Positions 18,101 through 26,821 of a stretch of 32,000 nt of DNA are shown in pieces. The notes below the pieces were generated by a model. That model searched no databases. It was given only the letters and a program-made list of their open reading frames with translations, and was not told where the DNA came from. The stretch's first letter is position 1, and every line of letters starts with the position of its first letter. A program made the position numbers and the translations under genes. Source of the DNA: Planctopirus limnophila DSM 3776 (GTDB lineage Bacteria > Planctomycetota > Planctomycetia > Planctomycetales > Planctomycetaceae); NCBI RefSeq assembly GCF_000092105.1, contig NC_014148.1:4920001-4952000 (forward strand), in the 5' to 3' direction.

Positions 18101-18937
18101 CTACTTGAGAGGCGCCAGAATGCCGTCCAGTCGTTTCCAGGCATCCATACGGGCCTGCTTATTGGCATCGGTGGCATCGGGGGCTTCACCAGCTCGCATG
18201 AATCCATGACCTGCCCCTTTGTAAAGCACGGGCTCGTAGATTTTACCAGCTTCCTTCATACTGGCTGTCGAACCGGCAATCGTCGCATTCACCCGGGCAT
18301 CATTCTCGCCATAGAACCCATACACAGGTCCCTGGATACGGGCCAGATCTTTAACTTCCGTCGGCCCTGTCCCATAGAATGGGCAGAACGCTTCAATTCC
18401 CTCGACGTTGGTCGCGAGACGAAATGTCTGTCCACCACCCCAGCAGAAGCCGATCACCACCACTTTGCCATTCGCAGCGGGTAAAGCTTTGGCATACTCG
18501 ATTACCCCTTTCAGATCGGCTGTGATCTGATCGGGCGGTAGGGCCGAAATCGCCTTGCGAACACCATCGCCTCCACCTAGTGAAGCCGTCCCCTTACCAT
18601 CCGGTCCACTGCCTGAAAGCAGATCGGGAGCGATGGCAATCACACCGCGTTCGGCCAGTTGATCGGTCACACCCCGCACCCAATCCGAAAGCCCGAAGAT
18701 CTCATGGATGACAATCACCACCGGGGCTTTCTTGCTCACTTCCGGAAAGGCAATAAACGAATTCACCTTTCGTGAGCCCGCCGGAATTTCCACATATTCC
18801 AGATGCCGGGGAGAATCTTCCAATCGCTTGAGTGCCCATTCCTGAGCCTGTGTCGTCTCGCTTGTGCTCAACCAGCCACAAGCCAGCAGCAGTGCAGCCG
18901 ATAACCGAACGAGTGTCTGAGACATCGTCATCCTCAT
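18101..18937 (-). CDS. Dienelactone hydrolase family protein, exported
   Basis: VVIVIHEIFGLSDWVRGVTDQLAERGVIAIAPDLL, VVVIGFCWGGGQTF and GAGHGF are typical DLH blocks. The track ORF starts at TTG 19000. Three ATGs lie at 18937, 18931 and 18925 after GGAAGGA. The signal peptide is MSQTLVRLSAALLLACGWL. Confidence 0.85.
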   Translation of the reverse strand: MRMTMSQTLVRLSAALLLACGWLSTSETTQAQEWALKRLEDSPRHLEYVEIPAGSRKVNSFIAFPEVSKKAPVVIVIHEIFGLSDWVRGVTDQLAERGVIAIAPDLLSGSGPDGKGTASLGGGDGVRKAISALPPDQITADLKGVIEYAKALPAANGKVVVIGFCWGGGQTFRLATNVEGIEAFCPFYGTGPTEVKDLARIQGPVYGFYGENDARVNATIAGSTASMKEAGKIYEPVLYKGAGHGFMRAGEAPDATDANKQARMDAWKRLDGILAPLK

Positions 18938-19039
18938 ATCCTTCCAATTTCTCGTTAGGGATCTGTCAAGAGACGACAAGCCCTGCTGGTCTGTCAGCAA
19001 GGCTTGCCGTGGAATCCATCGTTTACTTTTTGACTTGAA

Positions 19040-20464
19040 CTAGGGGCCTACAATCTGCAGCCCGGGAATCGCAGCCCTCAACTCGTCCAGACCCCCACCA
19101 CTCAGCATGATGCAGTTATTGACAGAGAGCTTCTTGAGTTTCTTCAGAGCAGCCAGTTCTTTCAACGTCGCATCGGTCACTTCTGTCTGCGATAAATTCA
19201 ATTCGGTTAACTCACCGAACCCTGCAATCGTTTTAGCGGCGGCATCAGTAATGCGGGTCTGCTCCAGATTCAACGCCTTGAGCTTCTTTAAATCTCGAAT
19301 CGATTCAATCCCTGCATCCGACGTCGTTGTGGCCCACAGGCTCAAATCTTCCAATGAGGTCAGCCCCGCCAAATTCTTCACACCATCATCACCAAAAATC
19401 CCCTCTGTGAGATCAAGCTCCACCAGATTCTTAAGCCCACTCACAGCCTCGAGCCCGGGGTCGGTACACAACGTATCCCGCAGGAGCAGCCGGCGCATCT
19501 TGGGCATGTTCTTCACCACCGCCAGGCCATCGTTTTTGATGCGCGTGCGGCGAACATGCAGCTCTTCCAGATTGGTCAATCCACCCAGCTTGATCAGCCC
19601 TTCGCTGGTCAGTCTCGTATCATCCAGTTCCAGGATGCGGAGCGTCTTCGTATCAGCCAACTGGCTCAGACCGGCATCCGTAAAGTTCTCGCCCCACACA
19701 TTGAGCTTCTGCAGGTTCGGGAGTTTGGCAATCAGCGGGAGCGATGCATCGGTTACACGAGTCGCCTGCAGGCGCAGATCGCGCAGTTGAGACAGTCCGG
19801 CCAGCGACTTCATTCCTTCATCCGTCACATTCGTAAATCGCAAGTCGAGTGCTCGCAATTTGGCCAGCTTCGAGAGATGTGCCAGAGCCGGGTCGAGAAT
19901 GTTTGTTCTTCTGAGATACAGCACTTCCAGGTTGGGAAAACTCGCCAGCACCTCAGCCCCGGTATCTGTCAGTTGTGTGTTCTCCAACCCCAGCACGACC
20001 AGATTGGTCAACGGCTTCAGCAGCAACACACCTTTGTCGGTAATCTTCGGGCCTTCGAGCCGCAATTCGGTCAGATGAGTCAACTTGGCGACGAGAGCCA
20101 GATCGTCATCTCCAATCGAAGTTTCTGCAGCCGTCTCTCCTTCACCAGCGACCTTCGTTCCCTTGACTGTGAAATCAGCCTTGATGACATGTCCGTTAGC
20201 GTCCACCGTCAATAGACCACTTCTGGCACGCAACTGTTCAATCAATTTGGGATCATCAGGTGGCGCTGCCTGTTCGCTGGTTGCGGAAGTCGATGTTGGT
20301 GCCGATGGCGGAGCACTGGGACAGCCCGACAATGTCGCCATCGTCAGCAGCAGCGAAGCCCCGGCCAACAATTTCGTATGTGCCAGCCATGTTAGGCTGA
20401 CCCGTGAAGCAAGTGCGGAAATACGGCAGGCAGTGCGGTTCGAGTCGTCGAGGCGGCAAATCAT
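19040..20464 (-). CDS. Leucine-rich repeat lipoprotein (planctomycete-type LRR array)
   Basis: About 15 repeats of 24 aa of the type L..L..L.L..T.(V/I)TD.GL..L. The putative lipobox is LLLTMATLSG|C. The track ORF starts at TTG 20503; the first ATG is at 20464. Confidence 0.85.
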   Translation of the reverse strand: MICRLDDSNRTACRISALASRVSLTWLAHTKLLAGASLLLTMATLSGCPSAPPSAPTSTSATSEQAAPPDDPKLIEQLRARSGLLTVDANGHVIKADFTVKGTKVAGEGETAAETSIGDDDLALVAKLTHLTELRLEGPKITDKGVLLLKPLTNLVVLGLENTQLTDTGAEVLASFPNLEVLYLRRTNILDPALAHLSKLAKLRALDLRFTNVTDEGMKSLAGLSQLRDLRLQATRVTDASLPLIAKLPNLQKLNVWGENFTDAGLSQLADTKTLRILELDDTRLTSEGLIKLGGLTNLEELHVRRTRIKNDGLAVVKNMPKMRRLLLRDTLCTDPGLEAVSGLKNLVELDLTEGIFGDDGVKNLAGLTSLEDLSLWATTTSDAGIESIRDLKKLKALNLEQTRITDAAAKTIAGFGELTELNLSQTEVTDATLKELAALKKLKKLSVNNCIMLSGGGLDELRAAIPGLQIVGP

Positions 20465-20818
20465 TTGGATAACAATCCCTGCGAAAGCGGTAGGTTGAGT
20501 CAATTACCCATCAGGGAAAGTTTACCCGAACTTCCAGCCTCTCGCGCCTCTCCTCAGCAAGGAATTCACCGCTGGGAAATCATTTTCCATTTGCAGGAAA
20601 GTCCATCCACCCTGCGATCAAGGGATTGAAGATATCTGGCAGGAAGTTTGTTCCTGTTGGAAAGAGACCAGGCTCTGGCGTCACTCTGCGAATTCCTGAT
20701 GAACATCTGGCTGGCCAGTTCGACAGATGGTTATGATCTTCGTGGCTCGCCCCGACTTGATGGATCCTCCAAAACTCACTGAAGTCTTCTCGAAACCTCA
20801 CGGATCAAAGGTTGTTTC

Positions 20819-21415
20819 ATGTCGATTCTCGACCGCTCCACATTTTTCATCAAAGAGCATGTGGGCATGATGAAACTTGTCGATCGCTACGATATTCACG
20901 ATCCCGACACCAACGAAAAAATTGGCTTCGTCGAAGAACAGCCGGGGCAGCTTGTGACTTACCTCAGGCTGCTGGTGAATAAACAGCTCATGCCTACGAC
21001 GATTGTCGTGAGTGATCTTACAGACAACAGCGTGCTCTTTATCATTCACCGTGGGGTGTCGTTGTTCCGCCCTAAAGTGACTGTCAAAAGCCCGCAAGGT
21101 GAAATGATTGGTTACTTCCGGGCCAAGCTCTTTTCACTGGGGGGTGGCTTTTTACTCTTCGATGCGAACGATCAGCAGGTCGGCGATGTCAAAGGGGATT
21201 GGAAAGGCTGGAATTTCAAACTGCTCAGTACCTCAGGCGAAGAGCTGGGGACTGTCACCAAAAAATGGGCTGGCATGGCCAAGGAAATCTTTACCTCGGC
21301 AGATAACTACATCGTCGCACTCAGCCCCACGATTCAATCCAATCGCAGCCTCGCCACCTTACTGCTGGCAGCCGGCCTGGCGATCGATACGGTCTTCAAA
21401 GAGAGCAAAAATTAG
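20819..21415 (+). CDS. Phospholipid scramblase family protein (PF03803-like)
   Basis: GTVTKKWAGMAKEIFTSADNYIVALSP and the C-terminal hydrophobic ATLLLAAGLAIDTVFKE align with the eukaryotic scramblase blocks [26 protein letters not shown] and AVMIGACFLIDFMFFE, as I recall them. Confidence 0.8.
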   Translation: MSILDRSTFFIKEHVGMMKLVDRYDIHDPDTNEKIGFVEEQPGQLVTYLRLLVNKQLMPTTIVVSDLTDNSVLFIIHRGVSLFRPKVTVKSPQGEMIGYFRAKLFSLGGGFLLFDANDQQVGDVKGDWKGWNFKLLSTSGEELGTVTKKWAGMAKEIFTSADNYIVALSPTIQSNRSLATLLLAAGLAIDTVFKESKN

Positions 21416-21469
21416 CCGCTCAACCATCGCTGAATGTCATATGCAAAGTGCCATGTCTCGCGGCTTTGA

Positions 21470-21602
21470 GCGAGCATGTCTTATGCATTCTTGCCAATGT
21501 TGCACATCAGAACGTACTTTGCCCTCCAGCTTGAGCTAGCACAACTTTCGTGGAAAATCAGTGCGCGGTGTTGATTGCGAAATCATGCTTGACCAGAGCT
21601 GC
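21470..21602 (+). repeat. 133-nt direct repeat R1 (partner R2 at 21834..21966)
   Basis: It aligns colinearly with R2 at an offset of exactly 364 nt. The 36-nt core tactttgccctccagcttgagctagcacaactttcg (21515-21550) is identical to 21879-21914. Confidence 0.85.
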
Positions 21603-21671
21603 TGTCTGTTACACACAACTCTGCATTCATTTTGAGCTGAAGTGTGGTTGGAGACTGCGAGGCTTAAAACG

Positions 21672-21832
21672 GGGTGGCTGGGGTCAAACGTCTTCGTTTG
21701 CCCCCAGTTCATTGGACTCTGATGGTTTTTGACGAACAGCGTGAAAAGTCAAAGATTCATGTGCCGGATGCATTTGCGGTGGGGAACTTTGTTGACCAGG
21801 GGGCGGATGAAGACATCCGTCCCCTGCCACCC
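21672..21832. repeat. REPIN/MITE-like paired-hairpin element, long form (copy 2 of 3)
   Basis: The left arm is gggtggctggggtcaaacgtcttcgtttgcccccag (21672-21707). The right arm is ccagggggcggatgaagacatccgtcccctgccaccc (21796-21832). The arms are inverted around an 88-nt spacer that is homologous at both ends to the spacer of 31515-31684. Confidence 0.85.
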
Positions 21833-21833
21833 G

Positions 21834-21966
21834 GCGAGCATGCCTGATGCGTTCTTGGCTATGTTTTACATTAAAGCCTACTTTGCCCTCCAGCTTGAGC
21901 TAGCACAACTTTCGCAGAAATTAAGTGTGTGGTGTTGGTTATTAAAACATGCTTGCCCAGAGCTGC
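21834..21966 (+). repeat. 133-nt direct repeat R2 (partner R1)
   Basis: See R1. It contains the hairpin catgcttgc/gcaagcatg (about 21948-21973), which is absent from R1. Confidence 0.85.
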
Positions 21967-22049
21967 AAGCATGGCACAAAGTGCGCTCTTATTTCATGGA
22001 AAGAGTATTACACCGGGTTTGCGACAAGGATCCGAAATCGGATCGCATC

Positions 22050-22092
22050 CCCAAATGAAACAAGGCCACCGGGAATTCTTCCCGATGGCCTT
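22050..22092 (-). terminator. Intrinsic terminator of the giant inverse-autotransporter gene (possibly bidirectional)
   Basis: aaggccaccggga (22062-22074) pairs with tcccgatggcctt (22080-22092): 13 bp with 1 mismatch and a 5-nt loop. On the minus strand it is followed by GUUUCAUUU. It lies 26 nt after the stop at 22118. Confidence 0.7.
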
Positions 22093-22117
22093 GTGTTCGA
22101 TTCAGACTGCCAGTTGA

Positions 22118-25100
22118 TTATGGCGTGAAGGGATCGCCTGGCGAAGCATTGAAGTTTCTGGGGAAACCAGCATTCGGGAAGATCCCATCGTTGGCTGTCG
22201 GAGTGAATGCTCCGGCACCATCGAGATTGGTTCCCACCGCTTGCGGAATACCCAGGCTGATAAAGTTGTTGTTCGCATTGATATCGGCTGCTGAACCTTC
22301 CATCTGGAAGAGCTGTGCAAACCGTGTGGTGTTCGGTCCCAGCAGGAATTCCGGTGCGTATGTGGCAAATCCAGTCCCTGCGTTGATGCTGTTCCCCGTG
22401 TTATTGAAGAACCGCAGATCCATCTGGGCCGTATCATCCAGGAAGATTCGATCCAGAGCTGGACTGCCCGCCGCCGTCGAAGCGGGTTTCGCAATCACGT
22501 TGCCAGCCGCATCTGTCTTACGGAAGGATGCCGTGCGGAAGTCGGACTGGCGGTTACCAGTAAAGGTGTTCCCCTGGCCAGAACCGACGGCACCGCCGAT
22601 ATCAGCGACCACGAGCGAATCGGTACTGACGTTGATGAACAAGCCATCGCCATCAACACCACTCTGTCCGTTAAACCGAACGGTGTTGCTGAAGAAGTTA
22701 AATGTCGTGACCGCACTGGATGTCACATCCATGTAATTGCTGTAGGACCCAATCGCTGCATTCGCACCAATTGGCAGGTTAGCTGCCGAGTTCCCTGTGG
22801 CCCGTGCACCAGCCGATGCCGCAAAGAACGCGGCAGGGTTAAACGGTGTAGCAACAGGTGCTGTCGGTTGTGGCAGATCGACATCGAAGAAGCGGTATCC
22901 GTTGACGTTGTTAAAGGCTGCAGTATCTGTTCCGGCATTGCTGTTGAGGAACACACCATGGCGACCACTCCGCTCGATGGTATTGCCATCAAACGTGAAA
23001 CTGTTCGCGGTATTACCAAAGATGTCGATGTTCACCCCATTCAGGCCGCTATCCTGAATGATGGAGTCTTCGACAACCGCAATCATGATGGATGAGCCTG
23101 CCGATTTGCTGTTCGAACCCGTGTTCTGCAGGTTGAGCCCGTTGCCCGCGTTACCGGTAATCAGTGTATTCACCATCTGCAGACCATTGCTGCCGGTGGT
23201 ATCAAACTCGAATCCATCCCCGCCGTTGTTCTGAATTGTGGTATTCACACCCACAGCACCCACCGAGACAGAGCTTGTGCCACCGCCAACGATGGAAATC
23301 CCGTTGCCACCGTTGGGACGACCAACAATTGCGTTTGGCCCCGTGGGCAGTGCACCTGTACCACCAATCAACGTATCGTTCACGTTGAGAATGATCGTAT
23401 CGCCCTGCAACAGGCCGCTGATACCGTCACCCACGTTGCTTTCGATCACTGTCTGGTTACCGGCGAGCAAGCCATCGCCCACCACGTTAATGTTGGCAAT
23501 TCCTGTTCCAGTGGCTCCCACAGGATCTACAGAGCCTGCGACAATCGCGATGCCGTCATCGCCATTGCCACGGATTGTCGATTGACCCGTCACCGAGTTG
23601 ATTTCGGCGAGAATCTGCGAACCGACACCCAACCCATCCAGAGCATTGAACTGGATGCCGTCACCCGTGTTCTGCTGGACCGTGATGTTATCGAATGTCG
23701 AGCGAATTGCACCGGCAATATCGCCAAAGCCCGAGGCACTGTCTGTCGTGACCGAGATACCGTTGGCCGTGTTCTGGTTGAAGGTGCTGGTCAGCAGATT
23801 CGTCAGGAGGACTGCATCGGCATCACCATTGGTCTCCAGACCGTTCCCCGTGTTCAGGTTGACCTGGGTATTCGAAATGGTGAGGAAGTTCGCCGAGTTC
23901 GGGTTGGCAGCCAGGAAGTTCGTCGAAAGTGGCTGGTTAGGATCGGAAGGATCGCTACCCGTGTAGTTGAACCGAATACCGTCATTCCCGTTGTTCGAGA
24001 AGGTCGACAACCGGGTGTTCGCAGTATTCGAATCGGTGATCGAAACTTCCATCAGCGAAGCATCGGCACGATTGATCTGCATACCGTTGCCGGCATTGTT
24101 CGTCGCGGCCACCTGATCAAAGAAGCCGTTGACTTTGCCATTGATCGTCGAGCCCAGCACGATGCCGTTGGCATTGTTCTGGAGTGTGGATTGGTTCCCC
24201 ACAGGGAGAGGTGCCACGTTGAAATCAGGATCATCCGGGCTGGCAATTCCCACTGTCAGGAAGGAGTTGTCAGCAGCACTGCCATCCAGACCGTCCCCGG
24301 TATTCTGGCTGCTGGTGAGATTGTTGAACTGAGCCGTCACAATCGAGTTTTGTGTGAGTGCGAGATTTACACCATCGCCAGTGTTACCACCCAGGATGGC
24401 ATTACCAGTAATGTCTCGATTGCTCTCGAAATTCATCCGGCCATCATCGCTACCCTGAATCGCAATCCCTGCGACTGTGTTCTGGATGGCAATATTGTCG
24501 AACGACGAAACCTGCATGATCGGCGCACCGGCGTCGCCGTCGGTCGCATACAGGAAGCCGTTCTGGTTGGCTGAAGCGTTGTTCCCAGTCACGATGATCG
24601 GATTCGCCAGCGTTCCCACGGTGGCAGTGCCATCCTGGGTGATCGCGAAGCCATTCGCATTGCCGGAAGCATCGTTGTTGATGACCGTCGCAGCCAGAAC
24701 TGTCGTCCCGGCAGCTTCCAGCAACATGCCCGAATCTTCGTTCCCTGTGAACTGGTTGCGTGCCACAGTCGGATCAGCAGACCCGATAATCAGGTTGGCA
24801 GCACCGTTGAGTCCTTCAAAGTGCAGACCGTTCGAATCGGTACCGACGACACCGTCTGTGTTATTCGCAAACGTGTTGGCGAAGATGTTCGCATCAAGAT
24901 TCCCGCCGGCAGCTGTGATCTCCAGGGCCAGGCCGTCGCCATTGTTCTGCGAGAAGACGTTATCAGTAATCGCGAAGCCACTGGCTGGATTATTGAAGTT
25001 GATGTCGCCGCCATTGGCAGTCAGTACGAAGCCGTCATCTCCGTTACGAGAGGCTCCAATGGTACTGTTTCCAGAGATCACGCCTTGCAGTTGGCCACCA

Positions 25101-26821
25101 CCATTGGACTGCATCTGGAAGCCATCGTCGCCATTGCCAAAGGCAAAGTTGTCCGTCACAGCCACTTCGAGTGGCCCAGAAGTGTCGATGAAGGCACCAT
25201 CAGCCGTGTTGTTGCGGAATGTGTTCTCAGAGAAGGTGCTGCTGGCTGTTCCAGTCCCTGTCAGATTGTTGAGCAGGACACCGTTCAAACCACCACTGAT
25301 CGTATTTCGATCAACAACGACATCCTGATTGTTGATACCAGCAATGCCGTTGGTGCCTGGCTGTGCCTGAATATCAAAGCCCGAGATATCAAACCGCACA
25401 TCACCCGTTGTCAGAGTGACCACATCACCGGGCGTAGTGTTCGTCAGGACTGGCAGTGCCCCGCCTGTGAAGCCGGGCATCTGGAATGTCCCGCCACCCT
25501 GGGAAGGATCAATGGCAACTGTGTGGGTCACACTGGTGCTCCACAGCCGCTGGGTGTCACCACCAGCCGCAGGGTTGATCAGTGTGATCCCGGTATTCAG
25601 ATTAGTGCTTGTACCGTCTGTTCGTGGCGTGACGTAGATGAAGTCCACATCACCTTTGTTAGCCTGCAGAGCGGTGTAGTTCGCCAGACTGCTGAACTGG
25701 TCTTCGAACGTACCGTTCCCTGGGCCCGCCAGATTGGGGTTGATGTGCGAGACGAAGTAAGGATTACCATCTTCAGGATCGATGGCAAATTCCTGCGAAA
25801 CCAGCAGACGTTCCTGCACCGTCACGCGATAGTTACGCATGACAGGATCACGCAGTCTGTCGCGGACACGTTTCTCCCGTGCCCATCGGCTGGGGAAACC
25901 ATTCGGAATATCAGCAATCACCTGGATTTGAGCATTGGTGCCAAAGGTATGATCGTCAGTGACGGTGACGTTGATCGTGAGATCTTCATTCACACGCTGC
26001 TGGAAGCGACCACTCACACCCGTAAAGCTGCCCACATCGGTGTTGGCGTAATAGTACATCCCCACGTAGCCGCTCATGCCGTAGCGACCAAGAATTGGGA
26101 ATGGCCCACCGATTTCGGTGTCAAAACCCTTGTAGGCACTGTCTACCGAGCGCCCACGATTCAATAGAATAAAGTTATTCTGGAATCCGGCAGCACCCAA
26201 AATCTGATTGGAAATTTCTTCATTATCTTCAACAGGCAAATAGCCGTTCACGCGCCAGTCAAGGTAACGGCCAATCGACTCGAAGCTCACGCCAAACTGA
26301 TTGAAGGCCTCACGATGACCGTTGTCAAAGTCGTACCAGCCAGAAACACCAAAGATGCGATCGAGTTCTGGCACAAACTGCCGATAGCCCACACCGACGT
26401 TGGCACCACCTTTACCGCCATTGGTCATCAGACCACGGATGTCAGTAAAGATCAGTGAGTTCTCATCACGGAAGAAGGGCAGGAACCCGCCAACGCTGGT
26501 ATAGCCTTCGTCGTACCCGTAAAGCTGACCGCCACGAGCATCGACGCGGAAGATGGGATTAAAAATCTCATCCACACTCCGGAAGCCAGGTGGCACCTGA
26601 TTGCCGGGTGTCCGGGCGACACCATAAGGAGCAGGTTCGGGCAGAGGAGCCGAGAATGTGGCCACCCCCGGAGCTTCTGTGCTGCTAGTCTCGGGTGAGA
26701 AATCATCCGAGAGTCGAACCGTTCCGCTCTCCTGCGCCTGGGCTTGTCCGGCAACAGCGCCGCACACTGCCAAACCACACAGGAATCGTTTCGTTAAAAC
26801 GTTCATCGGCTGCTCCAGCAT
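22118..26821 (-). CDS. Inverse autotransporter (type Ve secretion, intimin/invasin-type beta-barrel) with a ~1200-aa parallel beta-helix repeat passenger
   Basis: The signal peptide is (MLEQP)MNVLTKRFLCGLAVCGAVAGQAQAQ; ATG 26806 has GGAG upstream. The N-terminal barrel region FLPFFRDENSLIFTDIRG...NVGVGYRQFVPELDRIFGVSGWYDFDNGH...FGVSFESIGRYLDWRVNGYLP...GFDTEIGG...YVGMYYYA...PVMRNYRVTVQE parallels the intimin blocks LLPFYDSEKMLAFGQVG...NLGAGQRFFLPENMLGYNVFIDQDFSG...LGIGGEYWRDYFKSSVNGYF...GFDIRFNG...LVQRNNNIILEY, recalled from memory. The rest consists of dozens of ~22-25-aa repeats (N.GDGI, NTANGIS, NAGNGL, F..N motifs), as in right-handed beta-helix proteins. Confidence 0.88.
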   Translation of the reverse strand: MLEQPMNVLTKRFLCGLAVCGAVAGQAQAQESGTVRLSDDFSPETSSTEAPGVATFSAPLPEPAPYGVARTPGNQVPPGFRSVDEIFNPIFRVDARGGQLYGYDEGYTSVGGFLPFFRDENSLIFTDIRGLMTNGGKGGANVGVGYRQFVPELDRIFGVSGWYDFDNGHREAFNQFGVSFESIGRYLDWRVNGYLPVEDNEEISNQILGAAGFQNNFILLNRGRSVDSAYKGFDTEIGGPFPILGRYGMSGYVGMYYYANTDVGSFTGVSGRFQQRVNEDLTINVTVTDDHTFGTNAQIQVIADIPNGFPSRWAREKRVRDRLRDPVMRNYRVTVQERLLVSQEFAIDPEDGNPYFVSHINPNLAGPGNGTFEDQFSSLANYTALQANKGDVDFIYVTPRTDGTSTNLNTGITLINPAAGGDTQRLWSTSVTHTVAIDPSQGGGTFQMPGFTGGALPVLTNTTPGDVVTLTTGDVRFDISGFDIQAQPGTNGIAGINNQDVVVDRNTISGGLNGVLLNNLTGTGTASSTFSENTFRNNTADGAFIDTSGPLEVAVTDNFAFGNGDDGFQMQSNGGGQLQGVISGNSTIGASRNGDDGFVLTANGGDINFNNPASGFAITDNVFSQNNGDGLALEITAAGGNLDANIFANTFANNTDGVVGTDSNGLHFEGLNGAANLIIGSADPTVARNQFTGNEDSGMLLEAAGTTVLAATVINNDASGNANGFAITQDGTATVGTLANPIIVTGNNASANQNGFLYATDGDAGAPIMQVSSFDNIAIQNTVAGIAIQGSDDGRMNFESNRDITGNAILGGNTGDGVNLALTQNSIVTAQFNNLTSSQNTGDGLDGSAADNSFLTVGIASPDDPDFNVAPLPVGNQSTLQNNANGIVLGSTINGKVNGFFDQVAATNNAGNGMQINRADASLMEVSITDSNTANTRLSTFSNNGNDGIRFNYTGSDPSDPNQPLSTNFLAANPNSANFLTISNTQVNLNTGNGLETNGDADAVLLTNLLTSTFNQNTANGISVTTDSASGFGDIAGAIRSTFDNITVQQNTGDGIQFNALDGLGVGSQILAEINSVTGQSTIRGNGDDGIAIVAGSVDPVGATGTGIANINVVGDGLLAGNQTVIESNVGDGISGLLQGDTIILNVNDTLIGGTGALPTGPNAIVGRPNGGNGISIVGGGTSSVSVGAVGVNTTIQNNGGDGFEFDTTGSNGLQMVNTLITGNAGNGLNLQNTGSNSKSAGSSIMIAVVEDSIIQDSGLNGVNIDIFGNTANSFTFDGNTIERSGRHGVFLNSNAGTDTAAFNNVNGYRFFDVDLPQPTAPVATPFNPAAFFAASAGARATGNSAANLPIGANAAIGSYSNYMDVTSSAVTTFNFFSNTVRFNGQSGVDGDGLFINVSTDSLVVADIGGAVGSGQGNTFTGNRQSDFRTASFRKTDAAGNVIAKPASTAAGSPALDRIFLDDTAQMDLRFFNNTGNSINAGTGFATYAPEFLLGPNTTRFAQLFQMEGSAADINANNNFISLGIPQAVGTNLDGAGAFTPTANDGIFPNAGFPRNFNASPGDPFTP

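Noticed and set aside
10000-19000. A Tad/Flp pilus or T2SS operon around the secretin
   Set aside because: I read all ORFs within about 10 kb on both strands. None shows Walker-box secretion ATPase, TadB/C-like polytopic, CpaB/CpaE, prepilin peptidase or Flp-pilin features. The secretin is therefore treated as an orphan.
19107-20498. Plus-strand ORFs (227, 219 and 137 aa) antisense to the LRR lipoprotein gene
   Set aside because: They are shadow ORFs of a periodic LRR gene. Their translations are Ser/Arg-rich low complexity, and the minus-strand frame shows a regular 24-aa LRR periodicity throughout.
21515-21914. CRISPR array, suggested by the 36-nt perfectly repeated sequence
   Set aside because: There are only two copies, 364 nt apart, far beyond CRISPR spacer sizes. 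The homology extends well beyond 36 nt on both sides. There are no cas genes in the window.
21550-22117. Small ORFs 21550..21732 and 21929..22117 starting inside direct repeats R1 and R2. Their N-termini look similar (AVLIAKSCLTRAA versus VVLVIKTCLPRAA).
   Set aside because: Almost every nucleotide difference in the shared part is non-synonymous, so there is no sign of purifying selection. The two ORFs diverge completely after 15 codons. One reads straight through the hairpin repeat and the other through the giant gene's terminator. Both start at GTG within the invariant core.
22125-26167. Long plus-strand ORFs (e.g. 23582..24574 at 330 aa and 24821..26167 at 448 aa) antisense to the giant gene
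   Set aside because: They lie entirely within the minus-strand inverse-autotransporter CDS, which has strong family signatures. Their translations are low-complexity (R/V/G/T-rich) with no recognisable domains. This is typical shadow-ORF behaviour in repetitive GC-rich coding DNA.
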